From IMG/VR virus record IMGVR_UViG_3300034073_003542, positions 1 to 64,000 of that record: a stretch of DNA of 64,000 bases; one strand, given 5' to 3'. Shown here piece after piece: positions 31,601-38,339 of this stretch; the first letter of the stretch is position 1, and every line of letters starts with the position of its first letter. A program made the translations under genes and the position numbers. The notes below the pieces were generated by a model. It was not told the DNA's origin. It did no database searches and saw only the letters and a list, made by a program, of their open reading frames with translations.

Positions 31601-34600
31601 AGAAAATTATTTAATGAAAGAATGCGAGCAGAACGAGAAGCTGATCGTAAAGTTCAAGAAGCTAATCCTAATTTAAACAAAAATAATTTCTTAGTTGGTC
31701 TTAAAGCTGCTGGCGAAAATTTAGCTAACAATCCAGTAGCAGGAGCACTAAATAGAGGATATAGAGGAACTATTGGGGCGGGCTTAAATGCTATAGGGGG
31801 CGGACTTGGAACTCTTGTTGGTTTAGGAGCCAAAGGATTAGGATTTAATGATTTTGGAAACGATCTAGTTGAAAGAAGTGGCAACTTAATAGGTGCAGCG
31901 GGAAGAGATGTTATAGACATTTTTAATGCAGATAGACATCAAGCCCAAGGAAGAAATCTTTTAAATCTTTTACAGGGTAATTTTAATTTTGAAGAACAAA
32001 CCAAAACATTTACTGATCAACAACTAGAAAAAAATGTACAAGATTCTGGAAGTTTGGCCCCATTTACCCAGGCCGCACAATTAACATCTGATATTGCCGG
32101 AGGATCATTGTTTGATTCTGGTAATGTGGTTAAAAAATTGGCAACTAGATCCGTATCTAATCTTGGTGAGATTGCTACTAATGTTGGTAAAAGAATAGCA
32201 AGAAATCCATATGTATCTAGAGGAGTACAAAACGCATATAATATATCTGCTAAATATACAGATTTTGTCTCTGGTTTGGGGCCAAATTTAATTAATAGCG
32301 GGAAAAGAAGTATAGCTAATTTTCCTAATGTAATAGGTAAAATAGGTACTTTTACTAAAGATATTGTTGGAGATATCCAACCATTAGATTATTTAAGATA
32401 TATACAAAATAGTATTTCTAATAAAAGTAAAAATATAACAGACACAATCTATAATAAAGTTCCACAATTTGTTAAACAGTTTATAGAAGACCAAAAAAAT
32501 AAAATAAATTTTACTAGACAAAATTTTAAACTACCAAAATTACCACAAAAAAATACGGTATCAAAATCTTTAACTTTTAAAGAAGTTACTGCTAGTGGAT
32601 TTGCTAACTCTGGTGATGCGTTTGAAGCTAGTAATAGATTAAGAGAAGCTCAGTTAAAAGCCAGAGATATTATAGCCGAATATGCAAGTTCTCCAGAAAA
32701 AGCTAGAGAGCTTTTATCTAAAAATAATTTATTTGACGTTGACGTTTTAGAACTAGATCCATCTTTAAGTCAGAAAGTTAATGCTCTTTCAGGAAAAACT
32801 GGTGGGATTGGAGCACAATATTCTCCAATCAATAAAGCTGTTACTATACCTAAAAAAGATTCAGGAATGGGATTACTGATTCATGAAATATTACACGCTT
32901 TTCAACATAATGTCGGAATAGCGTCTAACGCAAAAGATCCTTTTAGATTTTTACAAGCTAAATCTTTAAGCGGAACAAAAGCGTTAAGAAAACAAATGGA
33001 AGATTTTTTGCAACCAGGAGGAGCATATGAAAAATTAGTTTCTGATTTACGCGGAAATGCTAATGGTGCTGGGTTTTATGATAGTAAGAAAATTTTAGAT
33101 CAAGGAAATTTTGAGTTACTTACTAATTTGGGTCAAGCTGCTGATACTGACGCTTTTAAGAATAATCAAGCAGCACAAGACATGTTAAAAGCTATTATAA
33201 AACATATGGGATTCAAGAATGGAGGTCCAGTATACGCTAACTCAGGCGGATTAATGAGCAAATTCTTTAAGCCAAAGGGGGCAGACAAGATTCCAGCTAT
33301 GCTTTCTGAGGGAGAGTATGTTATTAATCCAAAAGCTACTAAAGAAAATTTTAGGTTATTAGAGGCTATAAATAATAATAAAGTAGGTTCCTATAATAAG
33401 GGAGGATTAATTGAAGAGCTTGAAAATCAAGGAAGAGAATACGTAGACAGAGAAATTGATGCTGACGATAGATATCAAATCGCATCTAATTTTCATATAT
33501 TTCAAAGAGAAGGAACAACAAAAGATAATTTACTACAGCTCGCCGCACGCGCTGCTTCAAATAGAAGAGACAAAACCAACGAAGCGCTTAATAATCCACG
33601 AGGTATTCCTTGGGAAGAGTTATCAGACAAAGAAAGAGACGAATTAATAAAACCAGAATTAGATCGTCTTAATTCAATTGCAAACGAATATCAACAAAAT
33701 CCAGAAGAATTCAAAAAGAATAATACGTTTCAAAATTTTTCAGACGCTCTAGATACAAGAATTAATCATGGTGAGTTAGTCAGACTCGCCAAAGAAAAAG
33801 GAACAGATAATTTAGAAGAGACTGCTGGTCAAGCTGGCAAAATGGGTGTTGCTGGATTTGGGCTGGAAAAGGGCTATAAAAAAACAAAAGAGCGTGGAAC
33901 ATTTGATAGACCAAGATTACCTACTAGACAAAAACAAGAAGAGTCGGCACCACAGACTACTTTACAATCCTCATCCGTACAAAATAGTCAACCTTTACCA
34001 AAAGTTAAGCCTAAGTCTATGTCTGAATTTTTTGGAGTAAAAAATATTACTCCAGAAAAAATGCCGTCATACAAAGAAAGAAAAGCACAACAAGCAACTA
34101 ATACTAAACAAAATATTCATAGTCAAGCAGCGAAAAATCCAAAAAGTTTAGCTGGATCTAGATCAAATCTAATTAAAAAAGCCGAAGCAGAAAAACAAGC
34201 ACGAAAAGATAGGGCGGCAGAAAGAATTCGAGAAAAAGTAAAATTAGGTACAGCAACAGCAAATCAACAAGAAATATTAAGTACGTATGATAATCAACAA
34301 AAATATGGATCTCCTGAAGCTCAAGCTCAATTAGCTCAAGGAATACAATCAATTCAAAATACAGGATCTTTTATTGGCGGCATGGCCTCTAATTTATATT
34401 CTGGAGCAAGTAATGCTGTTGCGTCTGCTGGATCTATGTTTGGACAAAATAAACCAGCGACACAAAGAGGTCTTCAGACTCCTACATCTCCAATACCAAT
34501 AGCTTCAGCTACTAAATCCTCTACATCAACAACATTAGCTAATTCTACTCCGATTCCTGCTTCTGGTACTGTATCTCCAGACGCATCAACCGCTAGTGCC

Positions 34601-34960
34601 AGTGCTTCCTCAATAGATATTTCTGGTTTAACTAGTGCTTTTGATATATTTGGTAAACATGTTGCTACTTTTGGAGAACATGTTAATACTTTTGGAACAC
34701 ATACTACTGCGTTTGGTGGATATGTTGATAAACTTCAGACAGCTATTACCGATGCTAAAATTGAGCTTGTAGGAAATTATAAGGTTGACGTTAATATAAC
34801 TGGAGCAGAAAGTATTGGAAAACTAGAAGAAAAAATGAAGGAGTGGGCTACAGAAATTGTAACTTCAAAAGTCAATGAGTTACAATCAAAAGTATCTGAT
34901 GCAACACGCGGAGCGGTAAAGCCTCCAGCCACACAAGGAAAAACTAATAAAGAAAGATAA
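19652..34960 (+). CDS. Giant tape measure protein (5102 aa) with inserted enzyme domains
   Basis: N-terminal TP901-type TMP region (FDKQMVKLEQITG...LAQAGLS...GLRTIFTRI), hydrophobic Gly-rich segments and DxVPAxLxxGExV motifs. Internal P-loop, TAGH nucleotidyltransferase, HAD, GNAT and HExxH motifs. Confidence 0.9.
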   Translation: MASKFNLTAELNLRGPANLRTVVADIRRQLSGVKVDVGVNVAKNAGRNIDNITNRLNQLNASLVQARTSTDQLNASFGQLAAIARSIDTVNVKASQSTKQHADSINQTAKAAAVASSRVEEFGKQSALAIKRFAAFSLPTVTFFALGRAVQSGIESFIDFDKQMVKLEQITGNTRTQLKSLSGEITRLSTTMGVSSSELAKVAETLAQAGLSAKDTTTALQALAKTDLAPSFDNLTQTTEGAIAAMRQFGLEAKDLERALGSINAVSAAFAVESGDIIAAIQRTGGVFASTSKGVSEGTDALNEFVAVFTSVRATTRESAETIATGLRTIFTRIQRAGTINQLKDYGIQLQDLEGKFVGPYEAVKRLSEGLKSLDPRDIRFSSIIEELGGFRQIGKVLPLIQQFATAQEALKVAQRGQGSLTDAQIKAQQSLSNQFSKVRENFLALMRDIGNSTAFQGLAKIVLVLSNSLIGLVGAFKPVLPILAVIGAIKGISAIGSFSKGFFGSKKQAKPSLFAGAAGEDPKEKATRERNEATARAAEALRINTDALNKLTGAITALDATIQSRPTSTFSKGGKVLGFNTGGIVPGNGGGDRVPALLEGGEVVINRRAAQRHGKHNINKLNRYAYGGLVDANIVNSNDQYIGLKKNDGTAKEDTFDIKTKRQYITLKNVDRYAGKAIADGEVVNFDAQGYKQRAKTPGWKQFEQIIEQLGYKDLNKSTKRNNYPIDFTKGGEWYDAKNVSSPVPDRELARKALHHILTETYKNYDYLTPHKKIKTRDENSLLKYTNKPITVGGDEIEATRTITQLIPRYEVDNNQKNIDKIQGAITGTSKQKGTLSRNANKALQQDLQDLQTDNTVGTLGARKILSASNRLSSNFTLGGLVQSFAEGGRIGYIDSDVIKEQLAGPKEKSIVDAMASLGLGKNKKKVNTYVAKLIDLAKSSRGAEEASVKKLSVLFGSAGSGKSSILTGAAGIPGRSPFTGSKPILTPKDIDDVEEVVIATSTVTPDKIKRFISDADEVYAISATTQAEQERIKQNRKSRDETGLGSYGRKAGATKTAKIDTVFEEALLLELQQQNQARGKSQKLSIFGRSDSDEFREKTGTELPSFRREKISIARGSFGPFTAGHEYLQQFAQEEYGIPPQAFAYLVAPDEGIDIGREITNHDIRTAILDQSIREAVVQLTSRKGKSYNVGATGRGDRSIPQGIEITKSGAAQRSVLLPGAGSINIVSKADASAKKLAKLEKASQEAGYKLVDIPRFEGISGSQVREAIETGDLTTLQYALNPTSYAIMKKNLQNIQNRIRAVPELITKNRATLTSELDPIDEKIRELGPDPANFKEVNELKNQRYDIISSYSYSLHKSLQELASQDPVNFAIDTNISDEELSSARLDIANRAPLKQRSIEEAVLATQPRVLAESVPAFANKKKKTSTGRGRQYNIEREPTLNELQDSSGPFSELAQLTVKDPQEVQAKIKDWQEFVKKTIRDAGLDEYGGFKALDGNSGPATIASIFDQKAGKAKPITKKVPILDPNGNPTGKYRDTGEIIGYQKSKSKKGRTKEDQAVIDAVIKTAREAREKLVDKYKEGKRESYSFIKPVDATETLDFKKQGLLFAGVGINGEPYSPKRLSLGSGLDVLVGGYILNDKDTRKEIEQYSENTIRAEKTAAEKGQAGVAASYLKRGKKLALDFDKTLVTGADLHGDDLDAFADIDKVKASLENPQTKLTILGEKLRRVLASQKAQATKTDLLSRMRVVTARPHHTVGILGNWLAQQGIPITDIKGVGGKGLSDQQVAEAKAALLDLESLFIDDNETNVRVAKEQGFNAIRYGAAEFDESGERLHRGQDVIEGLFLQNIIKRFSGRQAVGGINNTSMDFPTGLGLAAELFPGLDPDIPTDAKRTLRGASDLKSNITNYLKKEGRFNTKSVGAAQGQLEPVGFAGGGIVQRFSKAGQVDYDPKTKRVMNILGKIKSPTGTIDPSKLSEAELGILSSLGGTSQIGSRLFEAPGVGEMNKFVRENEADRGRYAAEIKTKNAPVRESRAAEQRARRARKSEIREMSETRLAQMNLFGGMTELDPEIIEGIDKPNPEDIFGALREAFAETTDRGKALAEEGGGFLSKFREGIKKKKFISATEFVGSLPNAEEQIKSARRELQSQSASTKDSKIQKSLADQLGKSSIGLEELAAYRGGALPANASRATKFAWTMSQMVEGANELAKGGIVGFANGGNADYYSLEKNSGFKSGEFDELVRFAKTNGFTLPEFQKYLTKRLAEKKTNSQLMMDPLQLAQALISHTPTPTDAQRKLADSLKGGPIDAQYNPKYDRVVKGFASGGLAEHTDSMAGLMRDLYGNRSSETPTKKQKNFGQIALRTGNRIQANYFDGPDRTGYVIADKMGDIFAVQSSSATSGYGPKLYDIVMEAATEQGSMLTSDRKSVSKEAKAVWDYYFNKRSDVKKIPLDPIDWVSNNRLLDEKLYGPPDTWPPYNDPAWVLQTGYQKNPSDINNPDLVQRLAIGGSASFASGGIVPARVSNGEGFVPPAQAKSIGYGTLSKMNQADRIGGFASGGSISRFSGPGSGTSDSIGPVGLPVGSFVIRKKAMDAMGYAKGGVVGLAAGGVLDKERLDYLDYLAKERGQTVAQYQRAEAGNVVKRANEIQSESKQAKRNLTLLGTSQRKNLGGVNVAATIKAGTTDANFAKVNAAVEAFTNQIQKADPTLSYDKARAAAIGMADALARGETSADSVAVANKTLKGKLDITVTSTEALIKAADDAGVALEDLGAEVTTDATGKIVGIKNKGSALTDQEFLQSRAGQRFGALGNILPARALQGFAESGFGKVLGSGADFIEGKSGGRFGNLSRGFAALGGFQGIGTGLAGASEGIKSLLPVGVTDDPGIAGTFGGLTGAGTGAAVGAQLGSFAGPIGTLIGGIGGAIVGGIKGYFEASNQAVLKGAFDKLSSSTSKLDDAFKRLDNEFTKDNFSETTKTLRQVAQDNVAIGKIATEEKTFSNYFTRPSDAVRQEALTGFISQSRNIATSNVKLGQIQASKLATTGQLDNASFSPILEQFATQDQKNEAAVSAYVAKMSEAGASEEQIGKILTTNRTLAIKKGLEFIAAEDALIKKNELTVRGIKEVERATFRLLDVYRKAGANAQRYGDELENVTNRIAGYIGDLTGAAQLQNVNRENEQVFANISAYSKDEIRAAAEQVSGFSGNTPETKELAGQAIVAKVLTDELPGLISRSGGDKGEIIKGLTAAFEAQGIKGRGVNEILSQIEKVIDDNNDKGTGSGSLLEDLDKSGVYTKASKTAEEAVKTLGTLQKQYNDTLQKLIDFSNQRNQIILKQNGLLRKAEQTRLKAELELADVLGKSISLDKLNKPFETEIKSLTSSIAGAGFLDGETLDPTKIGQAIQGAASRNKDLEQAILNEKAQFNNATTEEQKNQINQNIRGFQEELAKNKLGITEATEALEKLADDGTRAANALTKIQEKQQRGKATTDKIFEAFTLDPQQVIERNFQAGILGNILSGDRTALATSQGRGAAVAGLEQFNGILPKQLYNELRSQLLEAFLRSTGGLTEAQIQQQVESVKNEGIDPNDPLIQAYKEASSNSIDAMNALRLSQDAAREELTKEMRNLSISLNGVGNIFQGALGSSRGPAPDEKASGGRIRLSKGGKAVPVRVSNGEGVFNRAEAAKIGYSRLQKMNHADKNGHQYDGDINRFNGPGTGTSDSIFTQLEEGSYVIRAKAMEAMQTAANGGKIQRLGVGGITINGNYYPASDKENEWNPEKELAEINRRAEERQKEATNRKADYDKQMVERFGTKEDREASRVEAQRKKADAQARLDEATAKREASIQALLNPVQVSETRTPEEIQTVINNRAKQIEDRLTQERKGRSLALKGLDPNYEQLKADNAPATAIGKLRISDNLKTFESLVNEGDELAIYAKKFGLESAFRKEIENRYKYSNNLPSRRTRSIIRDKDGKNPEYVTSDKTEIRNILRKLFNERMRAEREADRKVQEANPNLNKNNFLVGLKAAGENLANNPVAGALNRGYRGTIGAGLNAIGGGLGTLVGLGAKGLGFNDFGNDLVERSGNLIGAAGRDVIDIFNADRHQAQGRNLLNLLQGNFNFEEQTKTFTDQQLEKNVQDSGSLAPFTQAAQLTSDIAGGSLFDSGNVVKKLATRSVSNLGEIATNVGKRIARNPYVSRGVQNAYNISAKYTDFVSGLGPNLINSGKRSIANFPNVIGKIGTFTKDIVGDIQPLDYLRYIQNSISNKSKNITDTIYNKVPQFVKQFIEDQKNKINFTRQNFKLPKLPQKNTVSKSLTFKEVTASGFANSGDAFEASNRLREAQLKARDIIAEYASSPEKARELLSKNNLFDVDVLELDPSLSQKVNALSGKTGGIGAQYSPINKAVTIPKKDSGMGLLIHEILHAFQHNVGIASNAKDPFRFLQAKSLSGTKALRKQMEDFLQPGGAYEKLVSDLRGNANGAGFYDSKKILDQGNFELLTNLGQAADTDAFKNNQAAQDMLKAIIKHMGFKNGGPVYANSGGLMSKFFKPKGADKIPAMLSEGEYVINPKATKENFRLLEAINNNKVGSYNKGGLIEELENQGREYVDREIDADDRYQIASNFHIFQREGTTKDNLLQLAARAASNRRDKTNEALNNPRGIPWEELSDKERDELIKPELDRLNSIANEYQQNPEEFKKNNTFQNFSDALDTRINHGELVRLAKEKGTDNLEETAGQAGKMGVAGFGLEKGYKKTKERGTFDRPRLPTRQKQEESAPQTTLQSSSVQNSQPLPKVKPKSMSEFFGVKNITPEKMPSYKERKAQQATNTKQNIHSQAAKNPKSLAGSRSNLIKKAEAEKQARKDRAAERIREKVKLGTATANQQEILSTYDNQQKYGSPEAQAQLAQGIQSIQNTGSFIGGMASNLYSGASNAVASAGSMFGQNKPATQRGLQTPTSPIPIASATKSSTSTTLANSTPIPASGTVSPDASTASASASSIDISGLTSAFDIFGKHVATFGEHVNTFGTHTTAFGGYVDKLQTAITDAKIELVGNYKVDVNITGAESIGKLEEKMKEWATEIVTSKVNELQSKVSDATRGAVKPPATQGKTNKER

Positions 34961-34962
34961 TT

Positions 34963-36660
34963 ATGACCTATAATCCAAAAGTCAAGTTATATTATTACAA
35001 TGGAACTGATACAGCAGACGAAACAAATCGTCTTGTGCCAGCGCCCTTAATATCTATTGCTCCAGAATATTATTATGCTAACGATACTGTAATTGGTTAT
35101 ACTAATCAAATTACCCTAAAGGGATATGTTACATCACTAGATTTGCGAGATACACCAACTTCTAATCCTGGTTTTAGTGGTGTTTTAGAATCTATTAAAA
35201 CAACAAAGAATATCTTGAATAGAAATGGTGGAACTCTTGAGGTCGTTGATGCGGAAGGAACCCTATTAAAAGCCACGGGCGGAATCATTCGTGAACTAAA
35301 CTTTGATCAAGGAAGCAATAACTGGAATAATTACGGCGAATATTCTGCATCGATAGAATTTAATGAAGTGCAATATGGAGATTGTTTGGGCGAGGGTTCG
35401 ATAATTTCTTGTTCGGGAATTCCAGAAGGATATACCGATTCTCCACTTCTTCTAGATATGAAACAATATCGCGTTAAATCGATGAATGATAACTGGACTT
35501 TTAATGTTAATGAGGATGCCTATAATACTTATGATGGAATTAAAAATGAATTTATACAGATAACATATACAGTTTCAGCACAAGGAAAACACTATTGGAA
35601 TGGTGAAAATCTGATTCCAGCATGGGAACAAGCTAAAAACTTTTGTCAGTACAGAGTACATCAACAAGTAACTAGATTAATAGGAGGTATACTAAAAAGA
35701 ACAGCGGATACTGCTTGTGGTACTGGTGGTACTTTATCTACAATTTTTGGAGCTGGTCCAGATGGTTTATTAGATGGGCTAGATAACGCAGACTATAACA
35801 TATATAATGAGACTATAACGTGTAATACATCTGAAAAAGAAGGAAATTTTGAAGCAACATATAGCGCAATTTTAAAAAGGGATTATTCTTTTTCTTTTAA
35901 TAATCCGGATACTATTCACACTTTTACTGTTAATAAAACTGTAGTTAATGACGGAAAACAAAAAAACACACAAATTGGAGTAGAGGGTAATATTAGAGGT
36001 TTAATACCAGGAGGATTAATACAACAATCAGGAATAGTAAGTTTTCCTAATACTGGTACTATCTTAGTAACTGGTTCACCCTCCACAAATCGCTATGACA
36101 ATGCTTCTACAGGATATGATTTAATAGGAACAAGACGTTCCTTAAATGATGATTTTTTGGCTTATTTGGGCGTTAATAATGCTTCTTTGGGGGTTTCTGG
36201 TGTGTGTATTGATCCTAGTGGAATACCAGAACCTATTAGTCATAATTTAGTTCATAATTATGTAGAAGGTAGTATTAATTATAGTAGTTCATATGACACA
36301 ATTAGCGCTGGTAGAAAAGCTAAGCCTTATCAAAATCTAACAATTAATGTACAAGAAAAAACACCAATTATAGCAGAATTTATTGTTCCTGGCAAAAGTG
36401 GTGGACCAGTTATTCAAAATTTGAATTGTTATAATCCAAAACGTGTAACGATAAATATGGATGGATTATTACCGGCTTCAGGATGTTGTGATTCTCCTGC
36501 GGATTTAGTGAATGCTGCTTGTGCTCAATTAATTGCTTTTAGTGGTATACCAGATATTACTTTACCTAATTCAAAATTAACAGAAAATAAATACACAAAA
36601 GGAACGGATGGATCATTCAGTATTACAAAATCCTTTGTAATATATGATACTGGTCCTTAA
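34963..36660 (+). CDS. Tail tip/distal-tail-like protein (paralog A)
   Basis: First gene after the TMP, beta-rich; colinear similarity to 36675..38339. Confidence 0.55.
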   Translation: MTYNPKVKLYYYNGTDTADETNRLVPAPLISIAPEYYYANDTVIGYTNQITLKGYVTSLDLRDTPTSNPGFSGVLESIKTTKNILNRNGGTLEVVDAEGTLLKATGGIIRELNFDQGSNNWNNYGEYSASIEFNEVQYGDCLGEGSIISCSGIPEGYTDSPLLLDMKQYRVKSMNDNWTFNVNEDAYNTYDGIKNEFIQITYTVSAQGKHYWNGENLIPAWEQAKNFCQYRVHQQVTRLIGGILKRTADTACGTGGTLSTIFGAGPDGLLDGLDNADYNIYNETITCNTSEKEGNFEATYSAILKRDYSFSFNNPDTIHTFTVNKTVVNDGKQKNTQIGVEGNIRGLIPGGLIQQSGIVSFPNTGTILVTGSPSTNRYDNASTGYDLIGTRRSLNDDFLAYLGVNNASLGVSGVCIDPSGIPEPISHNLVHNYVEGSINYSSSYDTISAGRKAKPYQNLTINVQEKTPIIAEFIVPGKSGGPVIQNLNCYNPKRVTINMDGLLPASGCCDSPADLVNAACAQLIAFSGIPDITLPNSKLTENKYTKGTDGSFSITKSFVIYDTGP

Positions 36661-36674
36661 ATTAGGAGCTTAAA

Positions 36675-38339
36675 ATGCCAGACTTTTATTATGGGCCAAA
36701 TAATACTTTTACTTCTCCTTATAAGGTGGAACCCGCGCCCAATATCTCTATACAAACACAATTAGTTTATGGTAACGATACAGTTATTGGATATTCTTAT
36801 ATCATATCTATTAATGGAACCGCCCTACAACAAGACCAAATTGGAGATATGCGTTTTGTTACAGAAGCTATAGATAATATTAGAAAGATCTTTGCGCGAA
36901 ATGGTAGTGATTTAACTATAAGAGACGGTTCCACAAATATGTTAAGGGCAAAAGGCGGAACCCTAAAGTCTATAACATTCGATAATAGCTCTAATAACTG
37001 GACAAGCACAGCGCCCTATCAAATTCAGATAGAATTCAACGAACTTGAAGTATTAGGAGAAACGTTCGGATGTGCCGCTGGTGGATTTTTAGATATATCA
37101 ACAAACACGATTGATCTTATTGATATTGACGACTATAAAATTAAAGACTTTCAAGACGGATGGACTTTTGAAGTTAACGAAGCCACCCACAACCATCTTT
37201 TTGGACACACTCTAGGAATAAACAATTCAGAAATCGCCCTAACATATTCTATATCTGCAACAGGGAAAAACTATTTTACTAACGGCAATTTAGCTCCTGC
37301 TTGGATGCAAGCTAAGAGGTTTGTACAGGATAGACTATATGATCAGACACGCGATTTATCTAAAGTATTATCACTAGAAGGAAATTCTTGTGAATCTACC
37401 AAAACTCTTGCAAATTTACACGAAAATACTGCTGGTGAAGGCATACTAACTGGTATAGCATATAACATATACAACGAAACCCTAACGTGTTCTGCATCAG
37501 AAAGTGACGGAACATTTAGTGCCGAATATTCTTGTATCTTAAAAAATGGTACGAGTGGAGATTATCATGCTTCAAATGTTAAGCATACTGTAAATAAATC
37601 TACAGGAACAACATTAACTGGCGCAAAATATACGAATAATATCAGTATTGCTGGAGAAATTACCGGATATTGTGAAGGAGGAATTTTGCAAAACGCTGGA
37701 GCTTTTCAGTTTCCTAGTACTGGAACTATATTACAAGCAAATTCTACGTCCACTAAATATAGTAATGCTGCGTCATTTTTATCTCAAATTATTGACGGCG
37801 ATGATTTAACTAGTGCTTTTAAGACAGATTTAGGTATTACTTATGACGAATTAGAAATTCCTGGTGGAGATTGTGGAGATTCTACTCTTAAACCAGTGAC
37901 ATTTAATATAACTCATAATTACATGAATGGTGTAATAACTTATAACGCGGAATATAATACAGATAGAAGTTGTGTTCAGGAATTTGCGGACGGAACAGTA
38001 TTTTCTACATCAATAGACGTAGAGGAACCAGTACCAGTATTAGCTGAATTTATTGTTCCTAATGGAAATTTTATTATACAAGACATAGGGACTGTTACTG
38101 CCAGAAAAGTAAGCGTAACTTCTCAAGGAAGAAAAAATATGACATATTGTTATGATACAGATTTAGGTGCTTTTATAGAAGAGATAGCAACTAGTAGTAT
38201 TTCTGGCTTATTTCCGTTTTTAGTATTACCAGATGAGGAAATATATACTTTGACAACTAAGAATTTTAATTATAATATCTTAGATGGATCGTATACAGTG
38301 AATTTGTCATATATTTGTCAGTCAGGATGTCCATTATAA
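36675..38339 (+). CDS. Tail tip/distal-tail-like protein (paralog B)
   Basis: Shares PAPxISI, NDTVIGY, SNNW, IEFNE, PAWxQAK, YNIYNET and AEFIVP with 34963..36660. Confidence 0.55.
   Translation: MPDFYYGPNNTFTSPYKVEPAPNISIQTQLVYGNDTVIGYSYIISINGTALQQDQIGDMRFVTEAIDNIRKIFARNGSDLTIRDGSTNMLRAKGGTLKSITFDNSSNNWTSTAPYQIQIEFNELEVLGETFGCAAGGFLDISTNTIDLIDIDDYKIKDFQDGWTFEVNEATHNHLFGHTLGINNSEIALTYSISATGKNYFTNGNLAPAWMQAKRFVQDRLYDQTRDLSKVLSLEGNSCESTKTLANLHENTAGEGILTGIAYNIYNETLTCSASESDGTFSAEYSCILKNGTSGDYHASNVKHTVNKSTGTTLTGAKYTNNISIAGEITGYCEGGILQNAGAFQFPSTGTILQANSTSTKYSNAASFLSQIIDGDDLTSAFKTDLGITYDELEIPGGDCGDSTLKPVTFNITHNYMNGVITYNAEYNTDRSCVQEFADGTVFSTSIDVEEPVPVLAEFIVPNGNFIIQDIGTVTARKVSVTSQGRKNMTYCYDTDLGAFIEEIATSSISGLFPFLVLPDEEIYTLTTKNFNYNILDGSYTVNLSYICQSGCPL

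Noticed and set aside
21072-34040. Short alternative-frame and antisense ORFs within the TMP gene
   Set aside because: No RBS or recognisable motifs; expected by chance within a 15-kb ORF.
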